A DNA stretch of 64,000 bases from Vitrella brassicaformis CCMP3155 (lineage: Eukaryota > Protista > Chromerida): assembly GCA_001179505.1 (NCBI GenBank), contig CDMY01000791.1, positions 186,001-250,000 of the forward strand, in the 5' to 3' direction. Position 1 is the stretch's first letter. Every line of letters starts with the position of its first letter. The notes under the pieces were generated by a model. That model searched no databases. It was not told where the DNA came from and was given only the letters and a program-made list of their open reading frames with translations. Positions 1-13,300 of this stretch are shown here, one piece after another. Both the position numbers and the translations under genes were made by a program.

Positions 1-78
1 CATACGAACAGATGGCTGCCCTCCGACCGACACACGCACCACCCATACACACCCAGCCCAACCCAAGCGTCCATCACA

Positions 79-3000
79 TCACCGCACGTCCCCCTCGTTG
101 CTGCCCTGCCCCCTGCTCTGAGACTCCGCAGAGGGCGAGCCCCACTCTTGAGTGCCCGTCGTCTGAGCACCAAACCGGACCTCGCGGCTGGGGCTGTCGT
201 CCTCTCTTTTGGCGTATGGCCGGTGATGCAAGCCGACGTCGATGCGCATCCCATCCCACCCACTGGGTGCCGATGGCGACCATTCCTCGGCTGCCTGTGG
301 GGGAGGGGGGGCCGAGCGGTGGACAGCTGCTGGAGCTTGCTTGCGCACGCCCGTTGCCATCAGCTGATTCACTGCATTCTCCAGGGCCTCCTGCATTTAG
401 ACAAACATATTCATGATCATGAGCAAGCGGCTGGGCTGCTCGCGGCGCTTGGGTGGGAGGATGATACCTGGTCCGCGTGAATGGGCGTGTCCTCTGCGTG
501 CTGCAGGTTGCCCGCGTAGAAGGTGTTGGTGAGCTCCACCAGGTTGCTCCTGTACTTGACGAGGCTGTGGAGGTCTGCCTGCAGCCGCTTGACGTCCTCG
601 CTGTGCCTGAGTGGTGGAAGGACACACAGACAGCAGAGTGGGGCGGTGCGTGGCTGTGACATGGCTGTGTGGGTGAGTAGGTGGGTGGCCCTGTCCCTGT
701 TCGACCGATCGACTCTATCCCATCCCTCACTTGTGCTTGGAGTCGCTGAGTGCCATCTGCAGCCTGTCGACAGTGGATGTGCTGGCGGCGAGCAGCTTTG
801 CGTATCCGTCGATCTCGCTCTTGACCTTGGCCAATGTCGCCTGGGATCGTTCGCTCTGCTCCTGATCGGTAGGTAGATGAGACGGATATTTTAACCAACC
901 AAGCCACACATACACCATCCATCTCGTCTCGTCTCGTCTCGTCTCGTCTCGGCCCTGCTACCTTAAGTGCGTTGTGTGCCTTCCTGGCCTCGGTCTTGTA
1001 GTACTCAAGCTCGTCTTTAACGCTTTTGAGCTCGCCCTGTGTCCACACACATGCAGCCATCCCGTCACAACTTACAAAAGTCACCTGTCCAATCCAATCC
1101 CGACAAGTGCCCAGGTGTCACTGACCTTGGCCTGGATGACTTGTGCCTCTAGCTTCTGTTTGTCCCGGTCGTCTCCGTTGAGCATTGGCGTCCTGGCCCC
1201 CTTGGACAGCTGGGCGATGGCCGATTCGAGCTGGGCGTTCTTGACCGACAGCTGACGGATCGTCTGGGTCCGCACGTTGATCTCGCGATTCAGACGCTCC
1301 ACGTCACTGCCCCAGTCGAAGTCTACGCATAAGCCCACGCGGACAGCCAAGCAGACATGCAGTGCAGGGAGGGGAGGGGTGTGTTGGTGCGTGCGAGGCT
1401 GAGGACAGCGTCGTGAGCCCGGTGGCCTACTTGTGGACACTTTGCCCATGTCTCGCAGGCTTTTGTTGGTCGCCGCTTCACTCGCCTGCAGGCACGTGCG
1501 CACGGACCACAGGGGGGCGGGTGGGGTGAAAGGACTGAGGGTGTGTGTAGTGTGCCCCTGTGTACCTGTAGTGTCGCCACCACACGCTCCAGCCGCTCCT
1601 TTTCGGCCACGGCCGCCTCGTGCTGCAGCCATCCATCCATCCATCCATCCATGCCGCCACATCGGGCACACCAGATGCAATTCACCACAGTGCCCTCCCT
1701 TCCTTTGCTCATTTCCTGTCAGTCCAGTCGCCCCCCCGTACCATTTTGATGGCTCTGTTTTTCTCGGTGACGGCTTCCTCCAATTTGTGCTTCATCTCAT
1801 CATGTGCCTGGTTCATCTCGCCGGCCACCTCGCCCTCCATCTCCCCGCCGGGCGACGACCCACCCTCCACCCTCACCATCTGCAGCTCCTCTGTCAGATT
1901 CAGCATCTGGTCCGTCAGCTCCTCTATCGTACGGTCCTTCTCGGCCACCTCACCACGGAGCCGCTGCACCTCGCTGGCCGTGTCGGTGTCAGCGGGGCCG
2001 TGGGCGTTGGGCAGTGGCTGTGTGCCCTGCTGCTCCCGTAGAGTGCGGAGCTGCTCTTCGTACGACTGCACGACCTTGCGCCTGGTGGAGGCACACGAAG
2101 GGAGAGAAAGAAGGCGGTGCATGATTTTGCGTCTCGCGCTGTGCGTGTGTGATGAGGTCACATACATTTCTTGTTGGTGGAGCTGGTCCTTCTCGTCGAG
2201 CTTTCGCTGCCATCTGAAGGCCTCCTTGCTGTCCGGCTGAGAGGGATCGCTGCCGCCGCCCATGCCGTGCCTGTCAAAAGGGAGAGCGACATAGATACAC
2301 ACACACACACACACACACTGGCGCGTCCACGCCGTCTTTGTGAAGTGAGTGCCATCGCTCACAGCTTTGTCGTTTGTAGCTGCGCGCTAAGCTCCTCGAT
2401 GCGTGCTGACCTGAGAGACGTTCGTCAAATGAAGAGCACGTGTGTATGGAATCGATGTCGGCAGTGCAGGAACGGCTGCTCACTTGTCGCTGTTGGCCTG
2501 GCGCAGCTCCTCTATCTCTCGTTGCAGCTCCCGGATGGCCCTGGAACATTTAACAGGAGAACAAGTGCCAGCTGATCGTGTTGTGTTGTCTGCCTGTCGA
2601 CAAGGTGGGATGGCGGGCCCTTCCCTACTGCCTTACCCCGGCTCCGGTGCAGCACCTCTGGCAGACAGCCATCCCCAAACGAGTTCAGTTCAGTGGTCGG
2701 TCAGTGAAAGGCTGAACGTCTTGTCTTGCTGGTCTTCTTGTACTGTGGGCAGCTTACGTGTCATTGCGTCGGAGTGTTTCGTTCTCGTCCTGGAGCTGTT
2801 TGAGCTGCTCCTCCAGGTCAGCCACCTGGTCCTGAAGCGACGATATGTCCCCACGCCTGAGCACATGCCACACACACGGGTGCGGAGACAGCGATCGGTC
2901 CCTGTGCCTGTGCAGTGCAGTGCAGTGGGCATCCCCCATGGCTATACGTACGTACCTGGGGTCCTCATTCAGCTCGTATGCCAGCTGGTCCTCGAGCTTC

Positions 3001-4252
3001 TTGACCTGGTCACGAAGCTTCGCTATCTCCTCCGCATCACCACTGTTGCTCACAACACACACAAGCCACAGAAATACAGAAAAAAATGACATGAATGGAT
3101 TGGCTGGTATTGCGCCTGCCTGCCAGCCTGCCTGCCTGTGTAGGCACCTGTCGGTTGTGGCTGCGTGTGCTGCTGCGGTGCTGGCGGCGAGTGCAAGCTG
3201 CAGTTCCTTGACCTTGCCCCGCTCCCTCTCCAGCTCCCCCTCGAGCGCCTTGTCCTGTGCCGTCCCCTGCGCCAGCTGCTCCTCCAAGTCAGACACCATC
3301 TCACGCAAATGTGCAACCTCAGCAGCACTGTTTTAACCAACAGAGAAAACAGGAATCGAATCCATCGTGTAAGTAAAGGTCGTGTCGCTCGCTTCTCGTA
3401 TGTGTTAGTGGGTGGTCGCGTCGCAGACAGTGACTAAGTAAGTACCTGTTGCCCTCCGGACCAGCGGACAGCGCTGCCTGAGACAGACGATTGTGACAGA
3501 AGACGGATACCTGTTTGTGTACGAGCCGCGGTTGTGCAGTGCACGCCCACCTTTAGGTTGTCCCGTTCTCTGGTGATGGAATTGAGCTCCTCGCGCCTGG
3601 TGGACGGAGGGTGGACGATAGACAAGAGAGTGCACAATCACGATCGCCTTCCTGGCTGCTTGGTGGCTCCGGATACCTACCTCTGTTTCTCGCTGTCTTC
3701 ATTTTCCTGTAGCAGGCGCTTCAGATGCTGACTCTCCGCACGCAGCATCTCGAGCTCAGACTCATGCTCACTGACAGACAGATGGATGGACAAACGCACA
3801 CATCACATCGCACATTGGGTGCTTGGTCTGCTTGCTCTCTCGCCTGTCCTTACTTACACAGATCTGGTGGATGCTTTGTGGAGGTGCTCCATCTCTTTGT
3901 TGAGGCTGCCGACGAGCTTGACCTGCTCCTCCAGGAGCGTCTTGTTGCGCGCCGAAGTCTCGCGCTGGTCGTCAAGCTCCTCCTGCAGCGCCTGATTCTC
4001 AATCTGCAGTTGCGCAACGAGATCTACCCAGCACACACACAGACATCACCACACGAAGAGCAAACACGTCAGCCACTCCGACGAATGGAGCCAGATGTCC
4101 GCCCGCCTACCTTTTGCTTGTCGCAGGTCGCCGACTTCGCTGTAGTTGACCGGTTCCGACACGACGGACATGTCATCCTTGATCGTGACGGTCTTCTTGT
4201 CCTTCTTGCTCGACGACGAGGTGCTGAACAACTTCATTCCTCCAAGGTTCAT
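79..4252 (-). CDS. Multi-exon (about 18 exons) long coiled-coil protein of unknown function; 3' end uncertain and may run off the window
   Basis: Successive minus-strand exons with heptad-rich E/Q/K/L sequence (e.g. LVAQLQIENQALQEELDDQRE, EVQRLRGEVAEKDRTIEELTDQML, VERLNREINVRTQTIRQL) separated by GT-AG introns; first ATG at 4252 (MNLGGMKLFSTSSSSKKDKK). Confidence 0.75.
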
Positions 4253-4553
4253 CTGCTTATTGCTATGACGCGTTGGGTCCAAGATCTGCCAGTCCGGCTT
4301 AAATTTCCAATGTCTGTGTCTGTCTCTCCGTTTGTCCTTCCTCCTCGTTCTCCGACGAATAAGCTCGCAGAGAGGAAGAGGTTAGAGAGGGCGACACGAA
4401 ACGGAAGTGCCAACCGCAGGAGAATAGTGGCCCCGCCGTTATAACTGCAGTCGAGCGTTTCGAACATCGCCGCGCTCCAGCAAAACAGCCTGCCGCCAAG
4501 CTTTCTTTCTCTCGAGAATTTTCCTTCACCGCACACAGCCGCTCTTGATCGTC
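4253..4553. promoter_or_regulatory. Putative bidirectional promoter containing AGCTCGCA (4362-4369)
   Basis: About 300 bp between divergent start codons. Confidence 0.5.
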
Positions 4554-6414
4554 ATGAAGGTCTTGGCGCTGATCCTCTCCCTCTGCCTGAGCGCCGCTGT
4601 TGCCCAGCAGCAGCAGCAGCAGCAGAGCTCCACCGCTGAGAAGGACCCTCACGCCAGCTGGTGCCACGAGTGGGTGTCTCGCGCCGTGGTGGAGGTGAAC
4701 CCGAAGGCCAAGGTGAACAACCTCAAGCTGCCCAAGGAAGCCCACAAATCCCCGCACGCGTGTCGCCTCGCCTGCGCTGAGGCGGAGGAGTGCTCCTTCT
4801 TCGCCTTCAGCCACAAGGAGGAGCAGTCCTGCGCCCTCCTCACGAACGCCAAGGGCAGCAAACTCTCCTTCGGGGGAGAGGGCATCGTCGGACCCAAGGA
4901 GTGCACACGTACGTCAACCAGCCACGGACAGACAGGCAGACAGACAGATGTGTCTCAGCATCATCGTACACGTGTCTCTCTGGTTATGGTCCTGCCTGTC
5001 TGCCTGCCTTTGTGTTGTGTCTGGTGCGGTGCAGTCATGAGCCACCAGCCTCCAGCTTTGCCCCTCATCGACTCGTGGGACTTCGAGTTCACCAACCCCT
5101 TTAAGGGGAAAATCTCTGCCCGCCTGGAGTACTTGGGCCCCGAGCACGAGCAGAATGGACCCAAGCAGGACGACGAACCCGACGGCAGCAGGATTGCCGT
5201 CCGCAACAAGTGCGGCTCAACCACCGTCAGCTTCGTAAGCAGCCATCCAACCATACATACCATCCAACACACCACGAAACACCACACCAACACGTCAGTC
5301 ACATCACATTCCTTTCTTCCTTCCCCTCTCTACTCTTCCCTTCTTCCTTCCCCTCTCTACTCTACCCTCTCCCTCCCTCCCTCCCCCTACAGGCTGTCCG
5401 CGTCACCATCCAGGACAATGACACGCAGTACCACCTCGGTAAGCTGGCCGGCGGGCAGGCGGGAGGACATCACATCCACCTCTTTACTTACAGTTGGTCT
5501 GGCTGCTGTGCTGCCATGTGTGTTGTGGGTCAGGTTTCTTCCGTGTCCGGCCGGGTGAGACTCGTGTTGTCGACGTTGTGGAGGGCGATGGAAAACGAGT
5601 CGTCGTGTGGTTCGACATCGGTGGGCAGCCAACACTCGACACAGACCCCAGCCCCCAACCCCGCCATGTCTGTCTGTCTGTCTGGTGTCTGTGTGTCTGC
5701 TGTCGTGTGCCTGTGCGTTTGTGTCTGTGTTCGTGTCAGCGGGGGATCGTAAGATCGGCGATGGCAATAACGTGAGCAACGGCATCGGCGACACGGCCAT
5801 CCTGCTCGAGCGGGGTGGCAGCGACACGGACAAAATCTGCGTGGCCCAGCCTTTCCGCCCCTACAACATCGCCCGTGGCGCCTTTCCAAGGGACTGTCCC
5901 GGCAGAAGGTAGGCGGCACTACACACAGCTGTTCGGTGCACAGCATATCGGTGCTGCATGTGTGTTGTGCGTGTGGCAATAGGTTCTGGGGTCTTGGCAT
6001 CCCTCCGTCGGAGGGGACGTGGTTCAACGGGTTCGACACGGATGGGACCATCGACCAGTGCACACTCCTCACGGAGCGCCGGTGCACTCTGCTTGCGGTG
6101 AGGGAGGGAGGGAGATAGGGAGGGAGGGAGGGAAGGAAAGGCAGCCGAGCCGGCCACAGACAAGAGGCAGGCACCTTTTCATCTGCTCTGTCACTCATTT
6201 ATTTCAGGGCGACCCCGGATTCGTGGACGGCGCCGAGTTTGGGCTGGGCAGGTCAGTGATCAGACACACACACAGAAACAGGAGGGCCTGATATGGCTTC
6301 GTGTGTGCGTGTGCGTCGTGTTGTGTGGGTGGAAACAGAAATAACAGAGCCCGCATCACGCTGGGCCGTGATGGCACCGTTAGCGACCCCGACACCTTCG
6401 ACGAAGACTGCTGA
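4554..6414 (+). CDS. Secreted PAN/Apple-domain protein (signal peptide, polyQ, PAN domain, uncharacterised C-terminal region)
   Basis: MKVLALILSLCLSAAVAQQQQ signal peptide; Cys pattern WC...SPHACRLACAEAEECSFFAF...CALL...GIVGPKEC typical of PAN/Apple; later exons splice in frame to ...GRNNRARITLGRDGTVSDPDTFDEDC-stop (6412-6414). Confidence 0.75.
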
Positions 6415-7566
6415 GCCACCCCAGGCATATCCAACGAATGCACCCCCATACGTACAGGCAAGCATCGCAACTACGCCCATCAAAGACCTGCACGCCCATC
6501 TGTCTGTCTCTTCTCTCTTTGCCTGCCGGCCGTTGTCAGATCGGCAGCTACCTATCGCAATGATCGCGACGCAATCAAATGAGATGCGATATTTGTGTCT
6601 CCCTCCCCTGTTGGTGTCCACACACATATATAGACACACACACACACAGAGCATCCACACGGGTGGGCTACACTGGGGCCTTCTGGTCTTACACACATCT
6701 CAGCTCGGCCACCGGATGCGCCCATTTTCGTCAGAGGGCTCTGGTGGTTGGGTACAGTACTGACAGCATGATAACTGACTGCCTTGTGTGTGTGCGTGTG
6801 TGTGGTGCATCCGTACTTGCCTTCCCTTTTCATAGATAGATAGCATCTGTCCATCCCATCCTGGTGGCAAAGTCTCTTTCCTGTGTACTGCTGCTGCTGC
6901 CCTTTGCAATTAGCTGTCTGTATTTGTCTTGTCCGTCTGCATATGTATGTAGTGTCTGGCTGGTGTCGGTGATTTCGCACGCAGACAGCCGCCTTCCCCC
7001 CGCCCGCCCAGCCAGCCAGCCAGCCAGGAGGAACGAATTTTGGGTCTTCGTTCATCGCATGCGAATGTCTGCATGTGTCTGTAGGGATATACCGCTGTAT
7101 ACACACAGACAGGCTCGTCGTTAGCTGTGTGCTGTTTTTGATGGGTTGAATGAATACATCAGCTGTCTTCCCACCCTCCCTCCCCTCCCAATTTTCGCAC
7201 TGCATGGTGAACGGGTACCGTAGACATTCATTCAACGCGGCTTCGGTCGCCCAGTCAGTCGTGCATGCGATGCGTCTTCCCTCCCCAATTTGTGTAGATA
7301 GAGAGGTCTTCATTTCATGGACGGACGAGTGTGTATATATCTTGTGTGTGCGAGGAGACGGAAGAAGAGACATACCTATGAATGAACGAGGATCGTGTCT
7401 ATAATATGTCGACGAGCATTGAATTCCACGCATTCATCACCATGGACCTAGCTGGTCAACCAGCAACGGCCATCCATCCATCCATGCAGCATGGCATGTC
7501 TGTGTCTGTCACATGAACCACACGTCTGGATGCTCCCCTGGTCCGCTGGCTGGCGAGGTCAGTCGG

Positions 7567-8713
7567 TCAGCACGTGGCGTCGACGAATATGTGTTTGCGG
7601 TTGAGCTTCTCCAGGTCCTTCTCTATCTGACCCAGCAGACTCTCAAAGTGCTCCTTCCTGCACAACACACACACGCACACACGCACACATCGCCTGGCTG
7701 CAGGGCTTGTCGGCTGGACGAGACACTGACTGACTGACCGTTTGATTTTGCCGACGGTGTCGAGTTTGGTTTGGTGGCTCATGGCCTGGTATTCCCTGTT
7801 GACCTGCTCCCACTTGGCCTTGAATCCCCTGATGAGCGCCTCCTTCTCCTCTTCACCCATCAGACGCAACTGCTGATTGCGGGACTCCAGCTCCTCCTCA
7901 TGCAGCTGACATAACACACACACGTGCATGACAGACATCATTCCCACCACAGCACAGCACATCCCCCCGCACCGGATGCCCACCTCACCTTTCGGACGTA
8001 TTCGTATTCGTTGGCAATGTCTTGCTTGACTTTGTGCAGGTAGTCGGGCGTCATGCCGTAGTCAGCCTTCTTGAGGAAGTCCTGCGTCGGCGGCAGCCTT
8101 CGGCGGGGTGGAGCCAATATCACGTCCACCGCATTGGCCGTGATGAAGTTCTTATCCGACACCAGGTTCATCACCGGCTTGTCGTTCGCCGCCGGCACCG
8201 GTGGACGAAGCTTCTTCTTGAGCTGGCTGGGCTGCAGCTTCTCGGGCGCTGTCTCCTTCAAACTCCTCACTGCATGACGTGAGACACACACACAAGGACA
8301 GACAGAGACAGGGAAGAGAGGAAGACCGATCAACCATGCGCACATGGCATACGAGAGGGCCTGCCTGCCTGCCTGCGTGTGCGTGCGTGTGGCTGCGCAC
8401 GTGGCGCGATAGGCTTGGCATGTGTCTGTTTCTTGAGAAAGGCGTACTGGTCGGGCCTGCTGAGGCCCGGCGACTTGCCGAAGGTGGCGCCGCCCTTGCT
8501 GAAGTGGTGGTTACTGCCCGCCGGCTCCTCGATGGAGCCGCCCAGGTTGTTGACCCCTGGCTTGCTGGTCTGTGCGAGTCCGAAGGTGGAAGCGGTGGGG
8601 CAGGTGAAGGGGCTGTGTTTGGAGCGGTAGACGGGAGGCTTGACGGGAGGGGGGACCTCTGCAGGGATGATCTTGTAGATGCTCTCCTCCTCGTACGGCG
8701 CCGCACCCTCCAT
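7567..8713 (-). CDS. ENKUR: Enkurin (flagellar microtubule inner protein), 4 exons
   Basis: EESIYKIIP, PPVYRSKH, KNFITANAVDVIL, DFLKKADYGMTPDYLHKVK, LKAKW-like FKAKWEQVNREYQ, LGQIEKDLEKL motifs match the enkurin family. Confidence 0.9.
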
Positions 8714-8935
8714 ACCTGGCCTTCTATCAACCAAAACACTGCAGATAGACACGAGAGGGAACTTCAAGACACACAGAGGACAGAAAAGACTGTGAAAATG
8801 AAGCCTGTGCCAGCTCCTGAGAAAAGCAATGGAACCGCCCTTCTCTCACCTTGGGATTTGCAGTGCTCTTGTCGTTCGAAAAGGCCGAGCTCGCAACCCC
8901 CCCCAGCCCCCAGTCTCGCAACTAACGGACGAGGA
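8714..8935. promoter_or_regulatory. Putative bidirectional promoter containing AGCTCGCA (8888-8895)
   Basis: 222 bp between enkurin and V-ATPase-G-like start codons. Confidence 0.5.
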
Positions 8936-9847
8936 ATGAGTGAGGAAGAAGCATCGCTACCTTCACCAGCAAAGCCGCCAGCGTCGGCATCGGCATTGGC
9001 CAGCCGCTCCCCCCGCAAGTCGCTGTGCCCCTCGTTCTTTCCCTTCTCGTGGTGCTGCGGCCTCGAGGCGACCAGCGGGGTAGTGGACAAGGGAGAGATA
9101 GTGTATAATCCCGAGGATGACTCGCGGGCCTTGGTGAGGATGCTTGACTCGGCGCAGAACGAGGCGAGGGACATCGTAGCGAAGGCACGACAGAGGAGGC
9201 GGGAGCTCATGAGGCGGTGCGAGAAGGAGGCGGAGGAAGAGACCCACCACTTCATGTGAGGGAGGGAGCAAGGGAGCGAGAGCGAGGACCAGGATGAAGT
9301 CATTCGTTCGGTTTGCATGCTGTGCTGTGCTGCAGGGACGAGACTCAGAGGAACTTTGAGATTTTTCGCGTCAAGGTGCGTACGTACGGAAGCCGCCAGC
9401 CATACAACACTCACTCACTCTCTCACTGGCATGGGGTGTCTGCATCCACCCACGTCTGACAAACACGTGTGTGTGTGTGATTGCCATGCAGACCAAGTCG
9501 CACATGATGGATGACGCCCAGCTGCACGACACGCGGGCGGAGCAGGACGTCGAGGCCATGCGCAGAGAGGCACCCGCTAGACAACACACGGCCGTCAGCT
9601 TTGCCATAAGTAAACAAACAAACAAACAAACCAGCCGCACACCGCCAGTACCGCCCATGGATGCCGTGTTGTCTGTGTGTGTCTATCAGGTGCAGTGACG
9701 TCCGTCAAGCTGGAGCTTCCCGCGCCGGCCCGAGAGCAGCTGAGGCGGCAGGTGCAGGCCGCTCAGGCAGAGAAGGAGAGGCGGCTTAGGCAGACAGGGT
9801 GCTTCGGCATGAGACGGCCTAAGCGACCCAGGGGCAATCCAAAGTGA
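8936..9847 (+). CDS. Divergent V-type H+-ATPase subunit G-like protein with N- and C-terminal extensions, 4 exons
   Basis: Spliced product contains LVRMLDSAQNEARDIVAKARQRRRELMRRCEKEAEEE and AVSFAISAVTSVKLEL, matching the subunit G pattern (L..A...A..IV..AR..R....EA..E; V..V..EL). Exon phases join correctly via a 40-nt exon near 9337-9376. Confidence 0.6.
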
Positions 9848-10335
9848 GGCAAGATACTCGAGGTGGGCCACGACGGTGTTGGTGGTGTTGGTGGTGGGAG
9901 GTTCCCCACCAGGAGCAATCGGTCGGCCGGGAGGGTGGGTTGCATTCGTTGGTCGTTTTGGTGAAACCAGGGGCGAGATTGCCTTGCTTATTGCCACTTA
10001 CTCGGGCACAGTCTTGCAGCTCGAGTGAGTCCTTCCGCGAGTCAGTCAGTCAGTCAGTCGTGTGTGTGAGGACATTCATCGTCTTTTTGCTCTCGTGTGT
10101 GCATTGGGGGGCGGGGGGTGGTGTGGGGGATGTGTGGGAGGGGCAGGGTAAAGGTGTGTGTACATATTTGATGGACAGTGGTCGACAGACAGGTCTTCTC
10201 AGTGAATGCATCAATCCATACACACATGGACGGACCAGAGTCCTGTCCACCCAACGCACCCACTCACTGCTGCCCCCCATGCACTGCGTTGCACGCACCG
10301 CCTGACTCGTTGGTTGATATACGTCACATCACACG

Positions 10336-13300
10336 TCAGGCAGCCAGGAAGGCCTCATCCATCCGGCCATCTCTGATGACCGCACCCCGCTCCCCTGCCC
10401 ACTGCACCCATGGCCCCCAGTCCCTGGAGTCCTGACGCAGCGTCGACACGTCACCAAACACAACCAGACCTGACACATACACATACACCCACATCCACTG
10501 GCCACACTCGCACCCACCCCTCCAGACACCCAGAGAGCTTTGCTATACATGTCACAGATGTGGTGGCTGACCTCTGCGGGCCCGTGTGAGCATGACGTTC
10601 ATGCGTCGGGGGTCCCTGAGGAACCCGAGCGCGCCGGCGGCGTTGGCCCTGACAGCTGAGAAGAGGATGATGTCCTTCTCCATCCCTTGGAAACCGTCAA
10701 TCGTGTCAACCTGCACACCCGACAAGGCACCCTGCAGCCACGCAGAGGAGGTCGAGATCCCGGCCTGATGCAGGCCGATTGGAATACACCCAGGCAGACC
10801 GAGAGGTGTGCTGTTGCGTGACATTTGTTGTGGTGGTTGGTTTGCCGACCTGCATGTCCCGCAGCGCATCGATGAGCAGACGCTTCTGCGCGACGTAGGG
10901 CGTCAATACGCCGATCTGTGAACACAAACAGATCGGTGCACCTGCGCGGACCCTGCGTGTGTCGCGGTGGCTGACGTGCGTACGTACCTCTGTCGGCTCA
11001 ACAGATCTATGCTCCAGGGCCTGCACCAACACCCGCAGCAGCGGAGCGATCTCCCTGCACACAACAGCGGTGAGTGCAGATGCAGCAAAAGAAACCTCGT
11101 GTCTGTCTGTTTGTGTGGTGGGTGTGGATCTGCATGCCTGCGGTTCGCTCTGGAGGTGCCCGAGGCCTCTTCCCCACAGCCAGCGACATCGACTAGGGCG
11201 ACTCTGCACTGCCCCCCCTGCGGCCAGTGCAGCCCGGCAATGGGCGGACGCTCGTCGTCACCCACACCTACACACACACGGGAAGGAAACGACCATGAGC
11301 AGCATCGACCAGCGAGCGAGGGCATCCGGCTTCCTCCCTCCCTCCCTCCCTCACCGGCATCCTTGAGCCGCCCGTCGTAGAAATGTCTGTTGGGGAAGTC
11401 CTGATACACCCACACCCACACACCGCATACACATGAAATAAACATCGCGCAGACGCACTGCCTGCAGTGCACTGACTGACCGCGATGGATCGGTGCATCC
11501 TCCTCTGTGTCTCTAGCATGATGGCTTCGGTGACGTTGCTGTTGAGCAGCCGCTCGAACAGCGACACCTCCAGACCACGAGCGGCAGCACTCTCGCACAG
11601 GATCGTGGGCGGCAGCTGCTTCTGGTCACCTGAGTTAGGAACGCACAGGCACACATGTGTGGTGTTTGATTGGAGGGCTACGTGCGGGGAGGGAGGTACC
11701 TACCGATGAGCACTATCTGGTCGACGCCGCGGCCCAGCGGGACCAGGCTCGACGGCTCTGAAGCAGCCAGCCGACCGAGTGTGCGTGTGTTGGTGTGCGT
11801 GTTAGGTGGGGTGGGTGCTGACCGATGGCCTGTGCGCATTCGTCGATGAGGACCTTTGAGAAGGTGACTTCATCGAACATCTCGTGCCCGCTGCCGATGC
11901 ACGTCGCTATGATGATCGTGTGACGCCTCACAGCCTGGCATAAGACGACAATGTCACATAAGTGAGTGAGTTGGTGCAGGTAGGATTCCTCCCCTGTAGT
12001 CAGCTGACCTCTTTGATGAGCAGGAATCTCCTGGCGTTGGCCTCCTCCCGCCTTCCCGACCGCCGAAGCTCCACATACTGGTCGTAGCCACGCATGTCTG
12101 TGTATTTCCACCCTCACACAGGCAGCACCCATACTCAGGTGTTGTGTGTGGAGGGGGGGCCGGCGCACTCACCTTTAATGGCATCGTCGTGGAGGTCGCT
12201 GTCTCGGAAGGCCCCCACACGCAGTGACGCAATGCCTGCACAGCAAACACGGGGATGCCATGCATGCAGGTTCTTGTGTTGTGTGGTGTGATTTGGTTGT
12301 GTGAGGTACTTCGTTTCCGCAGGCCGGCCGAGATGTTGTCGGCGGCGATGTTGGAGTCGGCAACGGCTAAGATCCTCTGACCTGACCACACACAGACGAA
12401 GCGAGGGAGCAAGGAAGATCACACACACGGTCCACCCGAGCCTTCTCGTGTGCTCCCTCCGTTACTGCTGTCGAGTCGCTTCCACGCGTCGATGATGGCG
12501 CACGCAGTGTGGGTCTTGCCAGTGCCGGGCGGACCTGCACACACATTCCTTCGTGTCCATCTGTGTGTGTGGGGGGGGGGGGGNNNNNNNNNNNNNNNNN
12601 NNNNNNNNNNNNNNNNNNNNNNNNNNNNNNNNNNNNNNNNNNNNNNNNNNNNNNNNNNNNNNNNNNNNNNNNNNNNNNNNNNNNNNNNNNNNNNNNNNNN
12701 NNNNNNNNNNNNNNNNNNNNNNNNNNNNNNNNNNNNNNNNNNNNNNNNNNNNNNNNNNNNNNNNNNNNNNNNNNNNNNNNNNNNNNNNNNNNNNNNNNNN
12801 NNNNNNNNNNNNNNNNNNNNNNNNNNNNNNNNNNNNNNNNNNNNNNNNNNNNNNNNNNNNNNNNNNNNNNNNNNNNNNNNNNNGGGGGGGGGTGCGTATG
12901 TACCTTGGACTAGAGTGAGTCTATTGGTGAGTGCGGACTGCACGGCCCGCTGCTGTGGCTCCGTCAGCGGCATGCTCACTCCCAGATTGCGCAACAGACC
13001 CTCGGGGCACTGCAGGGGAGCACCCTCGTCCGATGCTGCTGCTGCAGTCGAGGCCTCCTCATGTGTAGCCAGGTGGTCGCTGATCTCACTGGCCGCCGTC
13101 TGCATCTCCTTGCCGGCCTTGAGCGTCTCCCTGCGAGTGTTGTTGTGCATGTTCTGCCACAGCTGTGTCTCGAAGGAGGCGCCGTCCTTGCTCCGCCCCT
13201 CCCAGAAGGGGTGGCCCCTGAAACCCTCGTACGACATGTGCTGACGCAGATCCTCGGGCATGCTCACACCTACACACGTACGCACAGATGCACTGATGGG

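Noticed and set aside
12570-12892. 300-bp insertion in a helicase intron
   Set aside because: It is an N gap flanked by G runs on both sides, likely a failed homopolymer read; true length unknown.
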